The notes: generated from the sequence alone by a model not told the origin. A DNA stretch of 64,000 nucleotides from Spirochaetia bacterium (GCA_965208575.1 CBDBOV010000001.1:352001-416000), one strand, 5' to 3'; shown: positions 27,716 to 37,619, counted from the first letter of the stretch. Numbers and translations are program-made.

Positions 27716-28540
27716 TCAGCGGCGGACGGCGACGAAGAACAGGCGGCGGAACGGGTACAGGGTGATGCCGTCGCCGCGCCGGGGATACGCGTCGCGCAGC
27801 CGTCTCCGGTATTCGGCGAGGAAGATGGCGCGCTCGGCGTCGCCGAGACCGGCCAGGATCGGGCGCATGCTGGTGCCGGTGACCCATTCCAGCACGGGGT
27901 CGGCGCCGGTGAGGGCGTGCAGGTACTCGGTGGCCCACACTTCGATGTGGGCGGCGCCGGGTGCCAGCAGGTCGTAGTAGAAGCCGGGTTCGTGCAGCCA
28001 GCGGTTGTTTGCCGCCTGCCGCAACCGGTCGTTGCCGAGCCGGGAGCCGCCGGCGCCGCCGTCGGCCAGGGTCTCCCGCATCAGGCGGTGGGATGGCTGG
28101 TCCCAGCTCAGCGGCGCCTGCACCGCCAGGCAGCCGCCGGCCGGCAGCAGCGACCAGAGGCGCGGAATGAGGGTGGCATGATCGGGCAGCCATTGGACGA
28201 CGGCGTTGGAGAACAGCAGCGACGGGGTCGCGGCGGGTTGCCAGTCCGCCAGGTCGCCCTGCTCCCAGCGCACGCCGGAGGGGGTTGCCCGCGCCTTGGC
28301 CAGCATCTGCGGCGAGTTGTCCATGCCCACCACGTCGGCGGCGGGCCAGCGGTCGGCGAGCAGGCGGGTAACGTGGCCGCTGCCGCAGCCGAGGTCGTAG
28401 ATGCGCCGCGGCTCGGCCAGCGGCACCCGCGCCAGCAGGTCGAGGGCGGGCCGCAGGCGGTGGTCGGAGAACTTGAGGTACTGCGCGGGATCCCACGATT
28501 CTCCGGCGATGTCGCGTACGTGTGCGGTGGCTTGGGTCAT
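27716..28540 (-). CDS. tam: Trans-aconitate 2-methyltransferase
   Basis: WDPAQYLKFSDHRLRPALDLL, DLGCGSG, SNAVVQWLPDH and YPFRRLFFVA. Confidence 0.9.
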   Translation of the reverse strand: MTQATAHVRDIAGESWDPAQYLKFSDHRLRPALDLLARVPLAEPRRIYDLGCGSGHVTRLLADRWPAADVVGMDNSPQMLAKARATPSGVRWEQGDLADWQPAATPSLLFSNAVVQWLPDHATLIPRLWSLLPAGGCLAVQAPLSWDQPSHRLMRETLADGGAGGSRLGNDRLRQAANNRWLHEPGFYYDLLAPGAAHIEVWATEYLHALTGADPVLEWVTGTSMRPILAGLGDAERAIFLAEYRRRLRDAYPRRGDGITLYPFRRLFFVAVRR

Positions 28541-28986
28541 GGCGATGCGGGAGGCGCGGAATCATACCACACCCGCACCCACGGCCATGCCGGCGCCGGC
28601 TGCCGCTCCTTGTGCGGTGCATCTACCGCAGGGGGCCGGCACGGTCGAGCGCGCCGGTTCGCCGGCGCGGAACCGGGAAGAGGCGGGCAAGGGCGGCCCG
28701 GCACCTGCGCCGGCGGCGCGACGAGTGGGGCAGGCTCGATGCACCGGCTCGGCATGCGCCCCGCGCAGCTTGGAATGCGGGCCGCCCGACGCGGGCGCCG
28801 GCGCCGCGGACCCGCGCGCGGTCGCGGCACGCCGGAGCGGTGCCGGAGCCGCAGCCGGTCAGGAAGGTGGCGGCGGTCTGGACAGACATCGCGCGCGTGC
28901 GGGCAACTCCGTGCTCCAGACGCACCGGGCCATGCCGATTCGGCACTTTGACACCGCCGACGCTGTCGGGCAGCCTCCGGGCAGCG

Positions 28987-30471
28987 ATGAATCGACCCAA
29001 CATCCTGCTCCTGATGAGCGATCAGCAGCGCTGGGACACCCTGGGCTGCTACGGCTGCACCGCGATCCCCACCCCCGCCCTGGACGGCCTGGCCGCCGGC
29101 GGCGTGGTGTTCGAGCGCTGCTACGTGGACGTGCCGATCTGCACGCCGAGCCGCGCCTGCATGCTGACCGGCCGGCTACCCGCCGGCCACGGCGTGTACG
29201 GCATTCACGACACCCTGCCCGACGACCAGGTGCTGGTGCCGGAGCACCTCGCGCGCCTCGGCTACCAGACCGCGCTGGTGGGCAAGCTGCACGTGTCCGG
29301 GCGTGCGGTGGAGGCCGTCCGGCGCCATCCGCACGACGGCTTCGAGCGCTACGAGTGGAGCATCGACCCGCAGGTGCACCTCGACTCGCCGTTCAACGCC
29401 CACGCCGCGTGGCTGCGCGAGCGCCACCCCGAGTTCCTGGACCGGTTGCTGACCGGGTCACAGGATCATCACCCGGCGGAGGCGCACTTCAGCACCTGGG
29501 CGGCGGAGCGGGCGATCGCCTTCCTGGAAGAGCGCGAACCGGGGCGGCCGTTCTTCCTCAACGTCAGCCTGTTCGATCCGCACGGCCCCTACTTCGACTA
29601 CCCGCTTGCCGCGGGTGAGTTGGTCGATGGTTCGCGGATTCCGCCGGTGCAGCCCCTTACCGCCGCCCATGAGCCGGTTCCCGGCGGCGTGGCGCGCGAG
29701 CGGGCGCTGTTCCACGCCGGCCAGGGCAGGGCGACCGACCCGCGGCGCCGCGACATCGAAGCGATCCGCCACGGCTACCTGGCGTCGATCGCCTTCATGG
29801 ACCAGCAGGTCGGGCGCATCTTGGCCGAGCTGGACCGGCTCGGCCTCGCGCGCGACACGCTGGTGCTGTTCGTGTCGGATCACGGCGACATGATCGGCGA
29901 CCTGGAACTGATCGCGAAGGGCGCGTTCTTCTACGATCCCGGCACCCGGGTGCCGATGATCCTGCGCCTGCCGGAGGGGGAGCTGGCCGGCACGCGGCTG
30001 CGCGACCTGGTGCAGCCGCACGACCTGGCGGCCACCCTGCTGCGCGCCGCCGGCATGCCGCCCGCCGGCGTGGCGGCGCTGATGCCGCAGTCGATGGACC
30101 TGGCCGCCCTGGCCCGCGCCGGCGCCGACTACCCGGAGCGCCGCGATCATGCCATCACCCTGTACCGCAACTCCGGCATCGGTCCCGGCCAGCAGTTCTG
30201 GGATCCGCCGATCCACGCCTCCATGTTCCACGACGGGCGCTACAAGCTCACCCTGTACCAGGACCCCGCGGCGCGCAGCGACCCCGAGGGCGAGCTGTAC
30301 GACATGGACGAGGATCCGGGCGAGACCGCCAACCTGTGGGCCGACCGCGGCCACGCCGCCCGGCGCGACCACCTGGTCCACCGTCTGGGCGCCGCTCTGG
30401 TGGCCAGCGAGGTGCAGCACCTCGCCGGCCGCGGCGGCCGGAGCTGGCCCTACGCGCACGATCCGCGGTAG
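28987..30471 (+). CDS. Sulfatase (formylglycine type)
   Basis: RPNILLLMSDQQR, CTPSR, GKLH and SDHGDM. Confidence 0.95.
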   Translation: MNRPNILLLMSDQQRWDTLGCYGCTAIPTPALDGLAAGGVVFERCYVDVPICTPSRACMLTGRLPAGHGVYGIHDTLPDDQVLVPEHLARLGYQTALVGKLHVSGRAVEAVRRHPHDGFERYEWSIDPQVHLDSPFNAHAAWLRERHPEFLDRLLTGSQDHHPAEAHFSTWAAERAIAFLEEREPGRPFFLNVSLFDPHGPYFDYPLAAGELVDGSRIPPVQPLTAAHEPVPGGVARERALFHAGQGRATDPRRRDIEAIRHGYLASIAFMDQQVGRILAELDRLGLARDTLVLFVSDHGDMIGDLELIAKGAFFYDPGTRVPMILRLPEGELAGTRLRDLVQPHDLAATLLRAAGMPPAGVAALMPQSMDLAALARAGADYPERRDHAITLYRNSGIGPGQQFWDPPIHASMFHDGRYKLTLYQDPAARSDPEGELYDMDEDPGETANLWADRGHAARRDHLVHRLGAALVASEVQHLAGRGGRSWPYAHDPR

Positions 30472-30505
30472 TCGGGGAGCGACGCCGGCCCGCGCCGGCG
30501 CGACG

Positions 30506-31381
30506 TCAACAGTCCACGCGTGCCGCCGCCTCGCCCCGGGAGAGTTGCATGACCTGGTCGGTAGACAGTGATCCCGGTGCCCGATGGCGTCGGAGGTGAT
30601 CGACGACCTCACGTCCCCGCCCGGAATCTTCCGGAGGCGGGGAGAGGCGGTTGAAGCCCATCGTGTCGGCGCCGTGGATTACCTGCAGGGCGTGGCCGTC
30701 GGTGTCGTAGCGCAGCACCTTGACGATCGGGATGATCGCCCGCACCGCCAGCCCGATGCGGCGCACGTTGGAGTGGTTGGCCTCCGAGTGGTGCAGGGTG
30801 CGCTCGTTGAACAGGATGAACTCTCCGGGCTGCATCTCCAGGTCGGTGAGGTCGCGCGGATCGTAATAGCCGGCGTCGGCCATCTCGTCGAACTGCATCT
30901 CGGGAGTGGCCTCGACGTGCGGGACGATGCTGCGGTGCGAGCCGGGGATCACCTGCAGGTTGCCATTCTGCCGGGTGGAGGGGTCCACGGCGATCCAGGC
31001 GGAGATGATTACCGGCGGCTCCAGCGGCCAGTAGTTGAAGTCCTGGTGCCACGGAATCGCCTTGCTGCCGCGGTTCTTGACGAAGAAGTTGGTGCGCCAC
31101 AGCAGCAGGTCGGGTCCGTACAGGCACACCATCCGGGACACGATCTCCGGGTGGGTGGCCAGGTCGTACACCGCGCGGCTGTCCAGGTGTCGATTGTGCT
31201 CGCGGCGGTCCCCGTGCCACGGGTCGGTCGCCAGGACCCGTTCGATCGCCGGTCTCAGCGCGGCCATCTCGTCCGGCGAGCACATTGGATAGGGTCCGAG
31301 ATAGCCGTCGCGGCGAAACCGCGCCATCTCCGCGGCGGACAGCGCGGCGGGTGCCGAAGCCGGTGCCGTGGGTGTTGCCAA
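30506..31381 (-). CDS. PhyH family dioxygenase with foreign C-terminal tail
   Basis: FRRDGY, PWHQDFNYW, GNLQVIPGSH and TLHHSEAN; TTG start after AAGGAG. Confidence 0.88.
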   Translation of the reverse strand: MATPTAPASAPAALSAAEMARFRRDGYLGPYPMCSPDEMAALRPAIERVLATDPWHGDRREHNRHLDSRAVYDLATHPEIVSRMVCLYGPDLLLWRTNFFVKNRGSKAIPWHQDFNYWPLEPPVIISAWIAVDPSTRQNGNLQVIPGSHRSIVPHVEATPEMQFDEMADAGYYDPRDLTDLEMQPGEFILFNERTLHHSEANHSNVRRIGLAVRAIIPIVKVLRYDTDGHALQVIHGADTMGFNRLSPPPEDSGRGREVVDHLRRHRAPGSLSTDQVMQLSRGEAAARVDC

Positions 31382-31406
31382 TTGCTGCTCCTTGCTTGCC
31401 GTTGCG

Positions 31407-32261
31407 CTACCGTTCGGCCTCGATCCACTCCGATCCCTGCGTCTGCAGCCGGTCGCGGAGGTCCGCTTCCAGCCGTTCCACCGTCGCCGCGGAGTTGGTC
31501 GCCGCCGCGCCGCGGTCGGCGACCAGGTTGTGTCCGGTGACGGCCGCCGACTCGTCTGAGGCGAGGAACAGCAGCACCTCGGCCACCTGCTCCGGCAGGG
31601 CGGGGCTGCCGAGCGGATAGATGTGCCGCTGGCGGCGCACCTCGGCGGGGTTGTGCTCCAGCATGGCGAGCTTCTTCTCGGTGAGCATGCGCGCCGGGGT
31701 AACGGAATTGACGCGGATCCCGTGCGGGCCGCAGGCAACCGCGAGGTGCTTGGAAAAGCTGATCATGCCCGCCTTGGCCGGTCCGTACGACGAGATGCCG
31801 GTGTTGCCGAACAGCGCCGTGTTGGAAGACACGTTGACGATGCTGCCGCCGCCCTGGCGGATCATCGCGGGAATCACCTGCTGACAGAACAGGAAGGGGG
31901 CGGTCATGTGGCAGAAGATGCCCTCTTCCCAGTCCTGCAGCCTGACCTGCTCGATCGATCCTCCCGGGTTGTCGATGATGGCGTTGTTCACCATCACGTC
32001 GATCCTTCCGTAGCGCTGCAGGGTGTACTGCACCAGGTCGGTGATGTCGTCCCGGATCATCACGTCGCACTTCCGGTAGGCGATCTCCCCGCTCAGCCCC
32101 TGCGCCTCGCGCAGCACCGCCTCGCCGTGCTCCGGCGTGCGCCCGCGGTCGCAGACCACCACCGAGGCGCCCTCGCGTGCGAACAGCAGCGCCGCCGCCT
32201 TGCCCAGGCCCAGGGTGGCGCCGGTGATGATCGCTGCCTTGCCCGCCAGTCTGCCTGCCAT
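31407..32261 (-). CDS. SDR family oxidoreductase
   Basis: TGATLGLG, VNNA and YGPAK. Confidence 0.92.
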   Translation of the reverse strand: MAGRLAGKAAIITGATLGLGKAAALLFAREGASVVVCDRGRTPEHGEAVLREAQGLSGEIAYRKCDVMIRDDITDLVQYTLQRYGRIDVMVNNAIIDNPGGSIEQVRLQDWEEGIFCHMTAPFLFCQQVIPAMIRQGGGSIVNVSSNTALFGNTGISSYGPAKAGMISFSKHLAVACGPHGIRVNSVTPARMLTEKKLAMLEHNPAEVRRQRHIYPLGSPALPEQVAEVLLFLASDESAAVTGHNLVADRGAAATNSAATVERLEADLRDRLQTQGSEWIEAER

Positions 32262-32280
32262 GCGCCGAACCGGACCGCCC

Positions 32281-32592
32281 CTATTCCTGCTCGGCCTTCT
32301 GGATGAACTTCTGCTTTGCGTAGTCGCTTACGCCCTCGGCGGCCTTGGCGGCCTGCTCCCACTCGCCGCGCTTCTCGTGGTAGTGCATCGCCTTGTAGGA
32401 CTCGGGATCCTCGGCCAGGTCGCCGGTGCTGCCGATATTCGGCGAGGCGAAGGTATGGCTGGCGTAGTCGCGCGGCGCGGCGGCGCCGCAGGAGGGGCAC
32501 CGCGTGCGCGCGACCTCATCGCTGTTGACGTTGAGCAGCAGTTTCTCGAACACCTGCTCACAGGCACTGCATCGATAGACGTATACCGGCAT
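32281..32592 (-). CDS. FmdB-family zinc-ribbon protein
   Basis: MPVYVYRCSACEQVFE...CPSCG. Confidence 0.85.
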   Translation of the reverse strand: MPVYVYRCSACEQVFEKLLLNVNSDEVARTRCPSCGAAAPRDYASHTFASPNIGSTGDLAEDPESYKAMHYHEKRGEWEQAAKAAEGVSDYAKQKFIQKAEQE

Positions 32593-32689
32593 GATCCTGG
32601 ACCTGTCTCGAACGTGCGGCAGCTTACCACGCCCACGCGGGCGGCGTCACCGTCACCGTCCCGCCGCGACCCGCCACGGCCGGCTCGAC

Positions 32690-34303
32690 TCAGCGGGCGG
32701 TCGCGGGCTGCTTGGTGACGGTGCGGTACCAGGTCTGGTCGAAGGCCGGGCCGGTGACCAGACCGGTGACGGTGCGGCGCCGGGCGATCTGCTCGGTCTG
32801 CTGAAACATGATCACGTACGGCCCCGCTACCTGGAGGCGCCGCTGCAGGTCGCGGTACAACTCGGCGCGCCACGCCGGATCGCGTTCGTTGCGCGCCCGG
32901 ATCACCGCGGCATTGACCTCGTCGTCGGCCCACCCGTTGCGCCACGCCAGCACGCCGGTCAGGTTCGCTTCCGCGCGGTTGTCCGGGTTGCGAGCGAAGG
33001 CGTCCGCGTTGGAGTGCGGGTCGACGTAGTCGGGTGACCAGGGTGCCAGTATGAGCTGGTGCCGCCGGGCGCGGTAGCGGGGCCAGAGCGTGCTCCCCGC
33101 CACCGCTTCGACCTGGGCTTCGATGCCGGTCTCGGCAAGCGTGTCCGCCACCGCACGCGCGATCGCCGGGAACGGTGGGCTGGAGAGGGTTTCGAGGCGC
33201 ACCGCGAAGCCCGGGCCGTGGCCCGCCTGGGCGAGCAGTTCCTTGGCCCGCGCGAGGTCGAGCCGGTAGGGTGTGGCGCTGTACGAGGCCCAGAGCCCAA
33301 GCGGCCAGAACGCCTGGTGAACCATGAATTGGCCGGCCAGAAAGGAATTCGCCATGCCGTGGTAGTCGACCGCATGGCGCAGCGCGTGCACCACCAGGCG
33401 GTTGCCGAGAATCGGATGCGATGCGTTGGCCGCCAGGTAGATCAGCGTGCCGCGCGGGTGGCTGTCGACGGCTATCTGTTCGTTGCCGGCCAGCGCCTCG
33501 ACCAGGTCCGGGGTGAGGTCGCGGGCCAGGTCGGCGTTGCCGCTCTCCAGCAGCAGCCGCTGCTCGGACGGCTCGGGCGCGTGGCGCAGGACGATGCGCG
33601 GGACGCCCGGAGCGCCGCGGCGATAGTCGGCGTTGGCTTCCAGCACCACCGACTCGTTGGCCTGCCAACTCCGCAGCCGGTACGGCCCGGAGCCGGCGCT
33701 GTTGGTCTGCAGCCACGCGGCCCCCAAGTCTCCGTCCTGCTCGTGGGCCAGCACCAACTCCCGGTCCACCACCGATCCGACGCCGGCCGACAGCGCGTGC
33801 AGCACCAGTCCGGGAGAGAACTCCTCGACGACGGTGATGCCGATGTGACGCTCGTCGACCACCTCGACCAGGCCACCGACGTTGTCCGCGTTCCAGCCGA
33901 ACTGGGTGAGAATGAATGCCGGCGATCCGCCGCGCCGCACGGCTCGCTCCAGGGAGAACTCGACATCCTCGGGCCGCACCGGGTTGCCGGAGTGAAACGT
34001 GAGGCCGTCCCGAATCCGCAGGGTGACGGTTCTGCCGTCGTCGCTCACGGTGTGGCTCTCGGCGACGCCGCCGGTCAGCGTGCCGGGATCCTCCGGCTCG
34101 AACGTCATGATCCGTTCGTAGACGTTGGCCAGGATCTCGCCCGCGGTGAGCTCGAACGACTCGGCGGGATCGAAGGTGATGATGTCGCCGATGTCCTTCG
34201 CGATCACCACGGCATCAGGCGGAGTATCGGCGGCGGCGGTTGCGGCAGCCAGGGCCAGCAGGCCCGGCAGTACGATGGGCGGTGGCGCACGGAACCGGAA
34301 CAT
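32690..34303 (-). CDS. ABC substrate-binding protein family 5 (Dpp/Opp-like), standalone
   Basis: Signal peptide, TFDPAE, TFHSGNPVRPEDVEFSLER, AGSGPY and WSPDYVDPHSN. Confidence 0.92.
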   Translation of the reverse strand: MFRFRAPPPIVLPGLLALAAATAAADTPPDAVVIAKDIGDIITFDPAESFELTAGEILANVYERIMTFEPEDPGTLTGGVAESHTVSDDGRTVTLRIRDGLTFHSGNPVRPEDVEFSLERAVRRGGSPAFILTQFGWNADNVGGLVEVVDERHIGITVVEEFSPGLVLHALSAGVGSVVDRELVLAHEQDGDLGAAWLQTNSAGSGPYRLRSWQANESVVLEANADYRRGAPGVPRIVLRHAPEPSEQRLLLESGNADLARDLTPDLVEALAGNEQIAVDSHPRGTLIYLAANASHPILGNRLVVHALRHAVDYHGMANSFLAGQFMVHQAFWPLGLWASYSATPYRLDLARAKELLAQAGHGPGFAVRLETLSSPPFPAIARAVADTLAETGIEAQVEAVAGSTLWPRYRARRHQLILAPWSPDYVDPHSNADAFARNPDNRAEANLTGVLAWRNGWADDEVNAAVIRARNERDPAWRAELYRDLQRRLQVAGPYVIMFQQTEQIARRRTVTGLVTGPAFDQTWYRTVTKQPATAR

Positions 34304-34362
34304 GACTCCGGAGTGTACCGCAACGCGCAGCCGGGTTCCGATTTCGCGGGCCGCTCCCGCGG

Positions 34363-35511
34363 CTACTGATCGTAGGGATTGCCCATGAACCGCTCGAAGC
34401 GGAGTTGCTCCGGGTGGATCCCGATCGACATCCCGTAGTCGCGGGCGGCCCGAATGGTCGCCGGCGCGTCGGCGTTCATCTCCATCACGCGGCCCGGGTA
34501 GGCGACCTTGATGACGCGGTTCCGCTCCAGGTGGAAGTACCAGCCCGGCGACCGCAGTCGCGCCGCGACCCTTCGCAGCAGGGAATCCACGTCCTCGTCC
34601 GCGACTTCGACGTTGCAGAACGTGAACTCGCCGCGCGAGCCCTCCCGCTCCAGCCGCTGCCCCGACCTGCCAGTTACCGTAACCAGGTCCCAGATTCCCG
34701 GGTCGTCGTGCAGCGACTGCGCGATCAGCACCCCTCTCCAGCGGGTCGGTGCAATGCACATGCGCACCTCGGCGCCGCCGTCGAAGCGGGCCACGGCGCT
34801 GCTGCCGGGCACGACCGGGTGCGGCTCGGTGAGCGAGCCGGTCAGGATCACCGACCCCGCCGGCAGGCCGATGCCGCGCCGGCCGAGGCTGTTCACCAGC
34901 CAGGCGAACACGTCCAGGGGATGGCGCCGCCAGGAGCCGCGGTAGGTCGGGACGGGGGCGCCACCGTCCACCCGCACGTCGACCGCGGTGCCTGTCAGGT
35001 CGCGGTCGCGCCAGTCGGGGACTTGCGTCCCGATTACCGCACCGCCGCTGTTGCCGCTGTCGGCAATCTCGGCGAGCGAGTCCGGCGCCACGGAGTAGCG
35101 CGACTGGGTGAGGTCGAACGCCGCCAGCAGCTCGCTCACCGCCGCGAGGTCGGCGGCCTCGTACGCGGCGCGTCTGGGTGGAAGCTCGGCCCGCGTCCGG
35201 ATCGCGAACTCGGTCTCGAGCTTGGCGGCGGGGAAGTCCGCCGCCGGCAGCGCCGCGCCGTCGGCGTACACCCGCGGGCCGAACAGCGGCCCCGGAATCG
35301 GAGCATCGAGACCGCGCTGTTTCATGATGGCGGGAGTTGCGGCACCTACCTTCCAGCCGACTACCGGCAGCCCAAGAAGTTCCGTCACGGTGTCCTGAAC
35401 GGCATACGCTTCGCGCCGGCTGCGCGGACGAGCGTCGCTCAGATCCGGAATCCGTGCGCCTGACCGCCATGCCTTGGTCAACTGCCGCGCCGCCACGTCG
35501 ATGCGCTTCAC
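34363..35511 (-). CDS. 2-keto-4-pentenoate hydratase-like (FAH family) protein with extra C-terminal domain
   Basis: AYAVQD, GWKVGA, LETEFA, IADSG and VILTGS, followed by a roughly 125-aa unrelated domain. Confidence 0.8.
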   Translation of the reverse strand: MKRIDVAARQLTKAWRSGARIPDLSDARPRSRREAYAVQDTVTELLGLPVVGWKVGAATPAIMKQRGLDAPIPGPLFGPRVYADGAALPAADFPAAKLETEFAIRTRAELPPRRAAYEAADLAAVSELLAAFDLTQSRYSVAPDSLAEIADSGNSGGAVIGTQVPDWRDRDLTGTAVDVRVDGGAPVPTYRGSWRRHPLDVFAWLVNSLGRRGIGLPAGSVILTGSLTEPHPVVPGSSAVARFDGGAEVRMCIAPTRWRGVLIAQSLHDDPGIWDLVTVTGRSGQRLEREGSRGEFTFCNVEVADEDVDSLLRRVAARLRSPGWYFHLERNRVIKVAYPGRVMEMNADAPATIRAARDYGMSIGIHPEQLRFERFMGNPYDQ

Positions 35512-35518
35512 TTGCGAA

Positions 35519-35626
35519 CTACCCTACCTGCTGCAGGACGTCGACGCCGCGGCGATGCAGCTCCGAGCCGGTGCCGCCGTCCGGCACCAGCCGCGCGCCG
35601 GCCCGCAACCGTTCGACGATACTCAT
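35519..35626 (-). pseudogene. N-terminal remnant of a homocysteine S-methyltransferase-like gene
   Basis: GAGGAG RBS then MSIVERLRAGARLVPDGGTGSELHRRGV and an early stop. Confidence 0.6.
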
Positions 35627-35638
35627 TCCACTCCTCGC

Positions 35639-35875
35639 CTAACGGCGGGTCGTAGTCCGTGCAGCCGCGGCGCCAGCAGCCCAGTACTCGGCAGCCGCTC
35701 GGTCCGCCGGCTCCACCTCCAGATTCTGCAGCAGTGCCAGAATCGTCCTCCCGGTGGAGTCGCTCGGACCGAACCTCGCCCGCCGCACGGTGGCTGAGAA
35801 GGACTCCCCGGGCCGCCTGGCGGCCTTGAGCTTTTCATATGCGTCCAACTCGAGCGATATGGTTCTGGTTGCCAT
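35639..35875 (-). CDS. Orphan VapB-like antitoxin (DUF217-type)
   Basis: MATRTISLELDAYEKLKAARRPGESFSATVRR; no toxin downstream. Confidence 0.8.
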   Translation of the reverse strand: MATRTISLELDAYEKLKAARRPGESFSATVRRARFGPSDSTGRTILALLQNLEVEPADRAAAEYWAAGAAAARTTTRR

Positions 35876-35917
35876 ACCTGAACAGTACACGAAGACCTGC
35901 TATGTCATCCGTGGTGC

Positions 35918-36688
35918 TTACGACATGATCAGGCCGCCGTCGACGTTGATGGTCTGGCCGGTGATGTAGGCTGCGTCGTCGGAGGCGAGGAAGGCAACCA
36001 GGCCGGCCACATCCTCCGGCGTTCCCGCCCGCTGCAGGGGAATGCCCGCGACCCACTCGGCCATCAGCTCGCCCGGCCGGTAGTCGCCGAGCAGCGCTCC
36101 CCAGGCGCGGTCGTTGTAGGCCCACATCCCGGTGTCGATGATGCCGGGGCAGAAGGCGTTGACCGTGATCCCGTCCGCCGCCAGTTCCTTCGCCAGGCTG
36201 TGCGTGATTCCCACCACTCCCATCTTGCTCGCCGCGTAGTGCGGCGTGTAGATAAAGCCCTCGCGGGCCTGCCCGGAGGCGGTGTTGATGAGCCGCCCCC
36301 AGCCGTTCTTGCGCATGTAGGCTGCCGCGGCCTGGCAGCACAGGAACACTCCCTTGGTGTTCACCGCCATGATGCGGTCCCACGCATCCTCGCCCAACTG
36401 CTCGAGGCGGGAGATGGTGATGACCCCGGCGTTCTGCACCGAGACATCCACCGAGCCGTAGCGCTCGAAGGCGGTCGCGTAGAGTCGATCGACGTCGCTC
36501 TTGCGGGTCACGTCGCACACCAGGGAGGTGGCCTCGCCGCCATCCTTCCCGATCTCCTCGGCGACCTCGTGCACGGCCGCTTCGTCCGCGCTCACGACCA
36601 CTCGCGCGCCGTCCGCCGCAAACCGCCGCGCTATACCACGTCCAATGCCGCGGCTCGCACCCGTGACCACGACCGTCTTCGCCGACAC
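35918..36688 (-). CDS. SDR oxidoreductase (polyol/acetoin dehydrogenase-like)
   Basis: TGASRGIG, QNAG, HYAASK and TGQTINVDGG. Confidence 0.92.
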   Translation of the reverse strand: MSAKTVVVTGASRGIGRGIARRFAADGARVVVSADEAAVHEVAEEIGKDGGEATSLVCDVTRKSDVDRLYATAFERYGSVDVSVQNAGVITISRLEQLGEDAWDRIMAVNTKGVFLCCQAAAAYMRKNGWGRLINTASGQAREGFIYTPHYAASKMGVVGITHSLAKELAADGITVNAFCPGIIDTGMWAYNDRAWGALLGDYRPGELMAEWVAGIPLQRAGTPEDVAGLVAFLASDDAAYITGQTINVDGGLIMS

Positions 36689-36713
36689 TCCAGATTCCGC
36701 CTTTGGAGACCGG

Positions 36714-37619
36714 TCAGCCCTCGTACTCGTCCCGCTCGCGGGCGAAGCGCTTGAGCTTGGCGAAGAAGTCCTCGTGGATGAAACGCGCGTCGATGTCCTC
36801 GTAGACGCGAATCGGCCGATTCGCTCCGGTGTGACGGTAGTGCATCGTGGGCTCGAACTCCGGCGCGGGCCGCCAGCTCCATGCGCCGCAGTCCGGGTAC
36901 ATCATCACGCCGACGCACGGAGAGTCGCCGAGCGAGCGATACGGCATGGCGGTCGGCCGCGTGTCGGCGTTGTGCTCCACCAGTTGATCGACCAGGTAGC
37001 GGCCGATCTTGCCGCATGGGTATACCTTGTCGAACAGTTCCGCGTAGCTCACCGGCATCCTGCGGTACACGTTCTGCGGGATCTGCCACACGTCGAGCCG
37101 CGAGCGCATGACGACGTTGGCGGCGGCGACGTCGTTGGACAGGTTGAATTCGCGCCCGCCGAGCGGCCACGGCCCGCCGCCGATCCAGATCACCACGACG
37201 TTGCGCGATTCGATGGCCGGCTCCAGGAGCAGCGCGGACGCCATGTCGGTGAGCGGACCGTAGAAGGCGACGTGCAGGGGCCGCGGGTCGTCCTTCAGGG
37301 CCTGCTCGATGATCAGGCGCGCGCCCGGCGAGTCGACCGCCGTGTGTTCGTCGGGCAGGGCATGCGCGCCGCCGTCGGCCACGTGGACCTGGTCGCGGAG
37401 ATCCATCAGGTCGAGCAGCAGCATGGTCTCATCGTGACTGTCGCGAAGACTGTGCGCCGACTTTCCGGTCCCGAAGTGGGCGGGCACGACACCGTGCAGC
37501 TCGAACGCCGGCGTCAGTATCGCGTGCACGATGGCGTACTGATCGTCCGCCTCGTTCTTGGCATCGGTATTCACGATTACGCGAATCTTCTTGTCGTCTG
37601 GGAACTCGTAGTGCATCAA
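36714..37619 (-). CDS. Nucleoside hydrolase (IU-NH family)
   Basis: VNTDAKNEADD, GPLTDMASAL, WIGGG and EFNLSND. Confidence 0.88.
   Translation of the reverse strand: MMHYEFPDDKKIRVIVNTDAKNEADDQYAIVHAILTPAFELHGVVPAHFGTGKSAHSLRDSHDETMLLLDLMDLRDQVHVADGGAHALPDEHTAVDSPGARLIIEQALKDDPRPLHVAFYGPLTDMASALLLEPAIESRNVVVIWIGGGPWPLGGREFNLSNDVAAANVVMRSRLDVWQIPQNVYRRMPVSYAELFDKVYPCGKIGRYLVDQLVEHNADTRPTAMPYRSLGDSPCVGVMMYPDCGAWSWRPAPEFEPTMHYRHTGANRPIRVYEDIDARFIHEDFFAKLKRFARERDEYEG

Noticed and set aside
32690-35470. 926-aa ORF as one giant SBP
   Set aside because: The upstream part is an off-frame overlap with the hydratase gene; the signal peptide starts at 34303.
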